Positions 35,251-43,300 of a stretch of DNA of 43,596 nucleotides are shown here, piece after piece. The stretch covers positions 1 through 43,596 of the forward strand of contig CAZBVF010000029.1 of assembly GCA_964495335.1 (NCBI GenBank). Reading direction: 5' to 3'. The notes under the pieces were generated by a model. It saw only the letters and a list, made by a program, of their open reading frames with translations, had not been told where the DNA came from and ran no database searches. A program made the translations under genes and the position numbers. The stretch is from an uncultured Candidatus Saccharibacteria bacterium. Lineage in GTDB: Bacteria; Patescibacteriota; Minisyncoccia; Minisyncoccales; CAZBVF01. Every line of letters begins with the position of its first letter. Positions within the stretch are counted from its first letter, which is position 1.

Positions 35251-36512
35251 AATTTTAAAATCTCATTAATTTTTTCCTTTTCTTTAAAAGGCCCCATCAA
35301 GGCAAGATTTAAGTTTTCTGATTTAAATAAATTATTAGAAACTTCCAAGATATCGCTTGAAGAAACTTTTTCAATCTTTTTAAAAAGTTCTTTTAATGTT
35401 AATATTTCTCCTTCCAAAAGCTCTTGAGAGCTATAAAAGGAAGCTAATGAATCGGAAGATTCCATTTTCAGGGCCAATTTGCCTTTAATGTTTTCTTTTG
35501 CTTTTTTTAATTCCAAAGACCCTACTCTCTTCTCACGTATTTTTTTATATTCTTTTAAAATAGCAGAAATCGCTTTTTCAGTGTTTCTTTTGTCCACACC
35601 AGCTTGAGTGGCCAAAAAACCGGTATCGGGATCAGAAAAAGATTCTGTTTTTATATAATAACACAATCCGAGTTTTTCTCTTAATGTAACAAACATTCTT
35701 GAACTCATCATTCCTCCCAAGACAACACTTAAAACTTCAGCATTATATCTCATAGGATCTGAAAGGCTATACCCCCTTGTCCCTAAAACTAAGTGAGCTT
35801 GATCGGTTTTTCTAAATTCCACAAGCGACCGGGGCTTTAATTGATTTTCTATAACTTTTTCTTTTCGGGGAGACTCAAGAAAAGGTATTCCGGAAAAATA
35901 TTTTTCTACTTTCTTTATCGTCTCTTTTGTTTTAAAGTTACCAGCAATACAAACTATCGTATTTGAGGAAACATAATGACTTTTTCTATAATTTACCAAA
36001 TCCTTTCTGTTTATACCGAGAACATTTTCTTTGGTTCCCGCAATATTTCTTCCCGCGGGTTGGTCTCCATAAAGAAGTTTTGGCCAGAGAAATTGGATAT
36101 AATGCATGGGGTGATCATATATCATATTAATTTCTTCTATAATAACTTTTCTTTCTTTCTCAATTTCTTTCTTGGGCAAGGTAGAGTTTAAAAAAATATC
36201 AGAAACCCATTCCAATGCTAAATCAAGTTTTGATTTCTCAACTTTAGCATAATATCCCGTATAATCTTCCCCGGTAAAAGCATTAAAAACTCCTCCCACT
36301 TTATCTAGTTCTTCAGCAATACTTAAAGGAGAGGGACGTTTTTTTGTTCCTTTAAAAAACATATGTTCTAAAAAGTGAGAGATTCCGTTCAGTTCTTTTT
36401 TCTCATATTTGGAACCAGTACCAACAAGAATTAAAACGGTAGCAGCAAGAGTTTTTTCTTGAGGAACAGTAATAATTCTTAATCCGTTTTTTAGAGTATT
36501 TTTCTTATACAT
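35247..36512 (-). CDS. M16-family (pitrilysin-like) zinc peptidase
   Basis: Inverted zinc motif HFLEHMFFKGT (HxxEH) and a two-domain M16 length (421 aa). Confidence 0.9.
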   Translation of the reverse strand: MYKKNTLKNGLRIITVPQEKTLAATVLILVGTGSKYEKKELNGISHFLEHMFFKGTKKRPSPLSIAEELDKVGGVFNAFTGEDYTGYYAKVEKSKLDLALEWVSDIFLNSTLPKKEIEKERKVIIEEINMIYDHPMHYIQFLWPKLLYGDQPAGRNIAGTKENVLGINRKDLVNYRKSHYVSSNTIVCIAGNFKTKETIKKVEKYFSGIPFLESPRKEKVIENQLKPRSLVEFRKTDQAHLVLGTRGYSLSDPMRYNAEVLSVVLGGMMSSRMFVTLREKLGLCYYIKTESFSDPDTGFLATQAGVDKRNTEKAISAILKEYKKIREKRVGSLELKKAKENIKGKLALKMESSDSLASFYSSQELLEGEILTLKELFKKIEKVSSSDILEVSNNLFKSENLNLALMGPFKEKEKINEILKL

Positions 36513-36523
36513 ATTATTTATTA

Positions 36524-36529
36524 ATTATA
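36524..36529 (-). promoter_or_regulatory. -10 box TATAAT 11 nt upstream of the M16 peptidase ATG
   Basis: Minus strand: agTATAAT taataaataat ATG(36512). No SD. Confidence 0.4.
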
Positions 36530-36540
36530 CTTAAAATAAA

Positions 36541-36570
36541 CAGAAAAACAAAACCCGAAAAATCGGGCTC
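36541..36570 (-). terminator. Intrinsic terminator after glyQS
   Basis: Minus strand: AGCCCGA-tttt-TCGGGTT followed by ttgtttttctg, about 30 nt downstream of the glyQS stop. Confidence 0.55.
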
Positions 36571-36598
36571 TTAAGGAAAAGGAAGTTAGAACCTTTGT

Positions 36599-37927
36599 TT
36601 ACTTCATTTTCTCTTCTATGGTTCTTTTTAAATCATCAATCTTCACCCTTTCTTGTTCCATAGTATCCCTATTTCTCAAAGTAACGTCATTATTCTCCAA
36701 AGTATCAAAATCGCAAGTCACACACCAGAGAGTTCCTACCTCATCCTGTCTTCTGTATCTTCTGCCAATAGAACCGGCCTCGTCATACTGACAAGAAAAA
36801 TCAAGTTTCAGTTCGTCAAAAACCTTTTTTGATTTTTCAATTAATTCCTGATTATTCTTAACTAAGGGGAGAACGGCAATTTTCACAGGAGCTAAGTCTT
36901 TGTGAAGATTTAAAAAGATTTCTTTTTCCTTTTTTGAATCGGTAGTTTTTGTTCTTCCTCCTTCAATTTCAGTATAAGAATCAACCAAGAAAGCAAACAA
37001 GCTTCTGTCTGCTCCTACTGAAGTTTCAATGATATAAGGAAAGAATTTTTCTCCCGTTTTCTGGTCAAAATACTTAAGCTCTTTTCCCGAATGTCTTGAG
37101 TGATTAGAAAGATCATAATCGCCTCTGTTGTGAATTCCTTCGATTTCTTTCCATCCGAAAGGAAAACGATACTCAATGTCAACTTGCCTTCTGGCATAAT
37201 GAGCTCTTTCTTCTTCCGGAATTTCAACTGCTCTTAAGTTTTCTTTTTTTAATCCTAAATTCAAATACCAATTAATTCTTTGCTCTTTCCAGTATTCAAA
37301 AAACTTTGGAGCTTCATCTGGATGGCAAAACCACTGCATTTCCATCTGCTCAAATTCTCTGGTTCTGTATATAAAATCCTTTGGAGTTATTTCGTTACGG
37401 AAAGATTTTCCTATTTGGGCAATACCGAAAGGAATCTTAAGTCTCATTGAACTCATAACGTTTTCAAAATTAACATATATTCCCTGACATGTTTCAGCCC
37501 TTAAATATGTTTGGGAAGATTCATCTTCCAAAGAACCTGTAAAGGTTTTCATCATTAAATTGAACTTCTTTGGCTTTGTGAGTTCTCCTCCGCAACTAGG
37601 GCACTTCTCTTCTTTTTTAATTTCGTCTAGCTTAAATCTCTTATGGCATTCTTTGCATTCAACAAGTTCATCTGCAAATCCAGCAGTCAAATGACCGGAA
37701 GCCTGCCAAACAAGAGGACTCATTAAAATGGAAGCGTCCAGTCCGACAATATTTTCATGTTTCCTGATTATATCTTTCCTCCAGGCTTCTTTAATATTAT
37801 TTTTCATTTCAACGCCCAAAGGCCCGAAATCATAACAGGAAGCAAATCCTCCGTATATTTCTGAAGATTGAAATACGAATCCTCTTCTTTTGCAAAGAGA
37901 TATAATTTTGTTCATTAAATTATCCAT
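36599..37927 (-). CDS. glyQS: Glycyl-tRNA synthetase (alpha2 homodimeric GlyQS type)
   Basis: RRGFVFQSSEIYGG, FNLMMKT, YLRAETCQGIYVNF, GKSFRNEITP and ETSVGADR, with a C-terminal anticodon-binding domain. Confidence 0.95.
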   Translation of the reverse strand: MDNLMNKIISLCKRRGFVFQSSEIYGGFASCYDFGPLGVEMKNNIKEAWRKDIIRKHENIVGLDASILMSPLVWQASGHLTAGFADELVECKECHKRFKLDEIKKEEKCPSCGGELTKPKKFNLMMKTFTGSLEDESSQTYLRAETCQGIYVNFENVMSSMRLKIPFGIAQIGKSFRNEITPKDFIYRTREFEQMEMQWFCHPDEAPKFFEYWKEQRINWYLNLGLKKENLRAVEIPEEERAHYARRQVDIEYRFPFGWKEIEGIHNRGDYDLSNHSRHSGKELKYFDQKTGEKFFPYIIETSVGADRSLFAFLVDSYTEIEGGRTKTTDSKKEKEIFLNLHKDLAPVKIAVLPLVKNNQELIEKSKKVFDELKLDFSCQYDEAGSIGRRYRRQDEVGTLWCVTCDFDTLENNDVTLRNRDTMEQERVKIDDLKRTIEEKMK

Positions 37928-37934
37928 AAGTTTA

Positions 37935-37943
37935 ATTATCTCA
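37935..37943 (-). promoter_or_regulatory. Extended -10-like element (TGaGATAAT) 7 nt upstream of the glyQS ATG
   Basis: Minus strand: TGA GATAAT taaactt ATG(37927). Overlaps the stop codon of the upstream gene. Confidence 0.35.
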
Positions 37944-39618
37944 CTACTCCCTCTTCTTCCGAAACACTTTCATCATCCGGAAGAGTTGTATCAACAGGAT
38001 CCACCTTAAATTCCAAGTCTTTATTGGTCCATTCATCTTCTCCCGTAATAACAGCTTCTCCCATTATATTCGGTGTCTTTCCTTTTTGAGAGGAGTCGGG
38101 CTTGAAAGATACTTGAAAAGAAATACTTAGAGGTTCATTTTTAACTCCCTTCCCGGCTTCTATCTCTCCTATAGACCAGACCAACTCTTCAGAGTCTGAG
38201 TCAAAGGCGAAGTGTTCGCTTTCAGATTCCGGAGAAATTTCTCCCGTCAGGGAAACATTCTCTGGCAAGGAAGACTTCACTTTGGCATTTTTAATGTCAT
38301 TGTAATAATTCTTTACTTGCCAGGTCACCGTATAAGTCGTTTCTTCTCCTGTTCTCGGGGGAACGGGTCCTGAATTTTCAAAGATTTCATTATCAGAATA
38401 AACTTTTTGAGACAAATCCATCTTTGAGTTAATCTTAACCTCAAAGTCGTGCCGGACTTGGCTCAAATGCACCCTATTTTTAAGAATAGGGTTGGAAGGG
38501 GGGCGATTATCCGATCCCCAGTCATCTTTTATTCTTATCCAAAACTCAACTTCATCTTCTTCTTGGGACGGTAAAAGCTTAAGGTCTGAGTTGGTTCTCC
38601 AATCAAAAACAATAGAATTGTTCCCCGAACTGAACTCTCCTTCCTCAGATTCAATACTTGAAAAATCAAAAGCTTCTCCTTCAAGATCTATGTTTAAAAA
38701 TAAATTAAGCAAATCATCCTCTCCAAGATTTCTAAAGAAAACTTCGTAATGAAGTAGTTCTCCGGGAGAAGCAACATGTTCGGGATTGCCATTTACCTGC
38801 TGGGTAATATGCAAAGAAGGTTTAGATATTTCAACACCCCAACTTATCTCTCTTAAAACAACCATTTCCCCTTCTTTCCAAACACCAAGCTTCGCTCTAA
38901 ATGTTTTTTTATCTCCTATTTCCCCTTCAAGTTTACCATTAACCTTAATTTTCCCTCCTTGGTTATTATTTAAAAGAGGAATCTCCCATTCATTTTTTTC
39001 TGTCCCCTCCGGGCTAGAACTGATAAATTCAAAGCCTGAGGGATATTCAATTACGATTTTGAGGTCTGAAAGAGAATAGTCAGCATTAGAATAATATATA
39101 AGATCTGCATTAATATCTTTTCCTGCTTCCATTTTTGAAGGAAGATCAAAATCAAAAGATAAGGGAACTTTTCTAATAATCGTAGTAAAGCTTGTTGAGC
39201 TTTCATAATATGTTTTAAGATTTTTGGGACTATAACTTAAAGAGGCATTGGCTGTTTTGTTTTCATTTTCTTTTCCCAATAGTCTGGCTTTGAAAGAAAA
39301 GGTTTTTTCTTCTCCGGGATAAATTGCGCCTCCGAACTCTTCGCTCCCTTTTATGACTCTTTCCGGTCCTTCAAAATAAGAATTTTCCGGATATTCAAAA
39401 ACAAGTTCCGGGTCATCAACTCTGATATCCCCATTATTTTTATATTTAACAAGATATTCAATTTCCTCTCCCATTTCCGCTTCAGAAGGTCCTATTATTT
39501 CCAGCTTTATAATGTCTTTGGAGTAAAGATTGCCTTTAAAAGAAAAATATCCAACTACCCCCAGGATAGCGGTTACGATTATTAAAAATATTATAAATTT
39601 TCTGCTTATTAATGCCAT
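37936..39618 (-). CDS. Membrane-anchored surface protein with repeated CARDB/DUF11-like beta-sandwich segments
   Basis: N-terminal TM FIIFLIIVTAILGVVGYF. About four divergent repeats of the type G-x-E-x-x-Y-x-V-x-(Y/F)-x-N-x-G (for example GEEIEYLVKYKNNGD, GELLHYEVFFRNLGE, GEETTYTVTWQVKNY) and an acidic C-terminus. Confidence 0.8.
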   Translation of the reverse strand: MALISRKFIIFLIIVTAILGVVGYFSFKGNLYSKDIIKLEIIGPSEAEMGEEIEYLVKYKNNGDIRVDDPELVFEYPENSYFEGPERVIKGSEEFGGAIYPGEEKTFSFKARLLGKENENKTANASLSYSPKNLKTYYESSTSFTTIIRKVPLSFDFDLPSKMEAGKDINADLIYYSNADYSLSDLKIVIEYPSGFEFISSSPEGTEKNEWEIPLLNNNQGGKIKVNGKLEGEIGDKKTFRAKLGVWKEGEMVVLREISWGVEISKPSLHITQQVNGNPEHVASPGELLHYEVFFRNLGEDDLLNLFLNIDLEGEAFDFSSIESEEGEFSSGNNSIVFDWRTNSDLKLLPSQEEDEVEFWIRIKDDWGSDNRPPSNPILKNRVHLSQVRHDFEVKINSKMDLSQKVYSDNEIFENSGPVPPRTGEETTYTVTWQVKNYYNDIKNAKVKSSLPENVSLTGEISPESESEHFAFDSDSEELVWSIGEIEAGKGVKNEPLSISFQVSFKPDSSQKGKTPNIMGEAVITGEDEWTNKDLEFKVDPVDTTLPDDESVSEEEGVVR

Positions 39619-39625
39619 TTTTTTC

Positions 39626-39634
39626 AGTATACCA
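39626..39634 (-). promoter_or_regulatory. Extended -10 (TGgTATACT) 7 nt upstream of the surface-protein ATG (leaderless-type)
   Basis: Minus strand: TGG TATACT gaaaaaa ATG(39618). Sits in the 16-nt gap after the recO stop. Confidence 0.5.
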
Positions 39635-40354
39635 TTAATTCATTGATTCTAAAAGAAATGAATAATAAAAATTGGTAATTTTTTTTATAGACTCAAAATG
39701 AGTTTTTTTTATTTTTAATTTGTCAAAATATTCCCAATTATTTTCAAGAATAATCCTGATAATTTTAACCGATTCAGGGCTTATCTCCAAAAAATTGCTC
39801 TCTTTAACACATTTCTCACAAATTAATCCTCCTTTTTCCGAAGAAAAATAGAAAGGCGGTGATGCTTTATCCGAGCAAACAGAACAATTTACCAAAGAAG
39901 GCTTAAAACCGATAAAATTAATAAAGTTCCAAAAAAAATAGTAGTAATTTTTAAAATCCGAATTTAGAGAATGATTACTGTTAAGGCGTTTAAAACTATC
40001 TTTTAAAATTTTCCACACTTTCTCGTCCTTTTCTTCTTCGCTCGTTAACTTTAGTAAAATTTCGGAAATCTTATGTCCTATTTTTAGTTTAACCAAGGAT
40101 AAAGAAATGTTTTCAAATCTTTCTTTGGAAAGAGAATCAACAAGTGTTTTTTGATTTCTTCCTTGAATAAATTCAATTTGACTTAAATTAAAAAGTTTTA
40201 ACCCTCCTCTTAATTTAGATTTAACTTTTCTTGAAGCTCTGGCTAAAACAAGTATCTTTCCAAAGTCTTGCGTGTAAACCGTAAAAAGCTGGTCGGCATC
40301 TCTAATGTCTCTTTTTTTTAAAATAATTCCGTCAGTTAAATAACGAACAAACAT
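39635..40354 (-). CDS. recO: DNA repair protein RecO
   Basis: N-terminal OB-fold pattern (GIILKKRDIRDADQLFTVYTQDFGKI, ARASRK) and a C-terminal Zn finger CSVCS...CEKC. 239 aa. Confidence 0.85.
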   Translation of the reverse strand: MFVRYLTDGIILKKRDIRDADQLFTVYTQDFGKILVLARASRKVKSKLRGGLKLFNLSQIEFIQGRNQKTLVDSLSKERFENISLSLVKLKIGHKISEILLKLTSEEEKDEKVWKILKDSFKRLNSNHSLNSDFKNYYYFFWNFINFIGFKPSLVNCSVCSDKASPPFYFSSEKGGLICEKCVKESNFLEISPESVKIIRIILENNWEYFDKLKIKKTHFESIKKITNFYYSFLLESMN

Positions 40355-40357
40355 ATC

Positions 40358-43300
40358 CTATACCTTTCTGATTCCTAACCATAACTTTTCATTCCCAATA
40401 ACAAATTCATTTTCCAAGTCAAAAGAATCTTTCTTTTTTTCAAAACTCTGAGCTTTTGATTCTTTTAAAATAAACTCTTTGGACTCTTCCAAAATTTTAT
40501 TCATTTCACCACCCTCATAACCCACAGAAATCTTATCTTCGGGCTTAAGCTTGGCTTTTTTTCTCATCACTTGTATTGACCTTACAACTTCTCTCAATAA
40601 TCCTTCTTTTTTAAGTTCATCGCTAATTAAGGTGTCAAGCTTAACTTTCTCTTCGATTGAATCGTCAAAAGATACATTTTTAACGTTAACCTCTTCTTTT
40701 ATTAATTCAACAATATCTTCTTTCAAGGCAGAACTTTTGATAGTAAGGGAACTTAAGGGCTGCCTTACTTTGATCCCGGCAGAAGATCTCTCAGACAAAG
40801 CCAGCCTGACTATTTCTCTTGCTTCTTCCATCTCTTCATCAAGTTTTTGATCAATTAAAGATGGATCTGCTTTTGGCCAATCTTCTAAATGAATACTTTC
40901 TTTGTTCCCCCCTACTCCCTTGTAGATCTCTTCGGGTAAAAAAGGAATAAAAGGAGCGGATAATTTGCTCAGAGATAATAAAACATAAGCTATGGTTTCT
41001 GATGCCTCTTTAAATTCTTTCTCGTTTTGAGGCTTTTGGAGCCTTTTTCTTGATCTTCTAATATACCACTGGGAAAAATTTTCAACAACAAAAGATTCAA
41101 TCATTCTTGCCGCAGGAACAATTTCGTACTTTTCCAAAAGGCCGGAAGATTCTTCTATTAGCCTGTTCAATTTAGAGATAATCCATTTGTCCAAAAGATT
41201 AGAAGAGTTAAAAGTTTTAAAATTAATGTCTTTTTCTTTCTTATATGTTTGTAAAAAAACAAAACAATTCCACAAAGTCATTATGAATCTTTTTAAACAG
41301 TCTTCAACGTCTTTTTCTTTAAAAAGCTTTTGATCTCCTGCCTTGTTTACCGTAAAGAAATACCATCTGAGTGCATCACATCCGTATTTTTTGATCAATT
41401 CTAAAGGATCTACAATATTTCCTTTGCTTTTGGACATTTTATTCCCTTTTTCATCAAGAATATGTCCTAAGGATATAACATTTTTATAGGAAGTTCCGAA
41501 TTCCAGAAGAGTAGAAATTGCAAGAAGAGTATAAAACCATCCTCTTGTTTGGTCTACTCCTTCGCAAATATAATCAGCAGGGAAAAGTCTGGGCTGAAGA
41601 TTCCCTTTCTCATTTTTTTTGGTTTCTTTTTCCTCAAAAGGAAAATGAAATTGGGCAAAAGGCATAGATCCCGCATCAAACCAGCAATCGATAACCTCAG
41701 GTACTCTTTTCATTAAACTGTTGCATTTGGGGCAATAAAACTCGACCTCATCAATAAAGGGTCTGTGGGGATCAATTTTCATTTCCTTGTCATAAGGAAG
41801 ATTTTTAAATTCAATCTTCTTAATTTGAGCGGTTTCAAAAGAATTATTTTCTTTGAATTCACCTAATTTCTCATCAGGCTCCCCTGTCACAGAGAAAGCC
41901 ATTAAAAGAAGAGGAGCTCCGTGGCTTATAATAAGAATGTTCTGATTTTTGTATTTTTTGTTTATATCTTTCAAAAAAGAATAAACTCTTTTTTTAACAT
42001 CTCTATAGCTTTCCCCGCCGGGCACTTCTATGTCAAAAAGATTTTTACCCTCAAGATATTCTTTTATTTTTTTAACCGCTTGGCCGTTAAAATCCCCTGC
42101 GTCAAGTTCTCTTATTCTTTCATCAAACTTTATCTCAGCTCCAATTTCTCTGGAAATAATTTCAGCCGTTTCTTTTGTTCTTTGAAGGTCTGAGGAAATT
42201 ATTAAGCTTATGTTTTTTTCTTTCAATTTTTTTGCACTTTCCAGAGATTCTTTTTTCCCTTCCTCTGTCAAAGGATAAGATTCTTTCTCGGGAAAAGAGG
42301 AGGCAATTTCTTTTTCATTTCTAAGACTGTATCCGTGCCTCATTAAATAATAGTTATTGGAACTGAATTTTTGAGAAGACAATTCACTAAAGCTTCCTAT
42401 TGTTTTTCTTTCCCCGCATTTTTCACACTCCCAAACAGGAAGAGGCGTTCCCCAATATCTTTCCCTTGAAAAAGCCCAATCTTTAACTTCATTAAGCCAT
42501 TGTCCAAACCTTCCTTCTTTAATGTGAGAAGGATGCCAATTAATTTTCTGATTGTTTTCAATGAGCCGATTTTTTACTTCCTGCATGTTAATAAACCAAC
42601 TCCTCTTAGCATAATAAAGCAAGGGAGAAGAACATCTCCAACAAAAAGGATAATCATGCTCATAAATTTTTTCTGCAAAAAGAAAATCTTTTTCTTTCAA
42701 ATAATTAATAATTAAAGATTCTGTTTCTTCATCTTTTACATATCTGCCACTTAAGTTATATCCAACCTCTTTTACAAAATTACCTTCTTGACTAACAGTA
42801 TGAACCTTGGGCAATCCAACTTTTTCTCCCAAAAGATAATCGTCTTCCCCATACATAACAGCCGTATGGACAATTCCCGTTCCTTCTTCTGAAGTAACAA
42901 AATCAGCAGGATAAATTTTATAAGAAGCCTCTGTTTTTAATTCTTTAATTTCAAATAAAGGAAAATAAGAAAGTTCAACAAGCTCAGATCCTTTAAAAGT
43001 TTTAAAATTAGTCCAGTTTTCTCCTTTAATTTTCTCTTTGTAAGATTCAGGAAAAATATCTTCCTTAAGCATGTCTTTGAAGTTATCCAGTCCCAAAACC
43101 ATTTTCCATTCTTCTTTCCCGGGATCGGGAACAATAATATAATCATTTTCAGGATTGACAGCCAAAGCCACGTTTCCCGGCAAAGTCCAGGGAGTGGTTG
43201 TCCAGGAAATAGCCGAAACTTTTTCCCACCCCGGAGACAGTATTTTAAATCTTAAATAAACAGAATTGTCCTTAACTTTTTTATACCCCAAAGCAACTTC

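Noticed and set aside
41790-42352. Possibility that the ileS insertion is an intein or a mobile-element remnant
   Set aside because: There is no Cys/Ser/Thr at the insert N-terminus with block A/B motifs, no terminal His-Asn, and no homing-endonuclease motifs. The sequence instead matches histidine-phosphatase motifs throughout.
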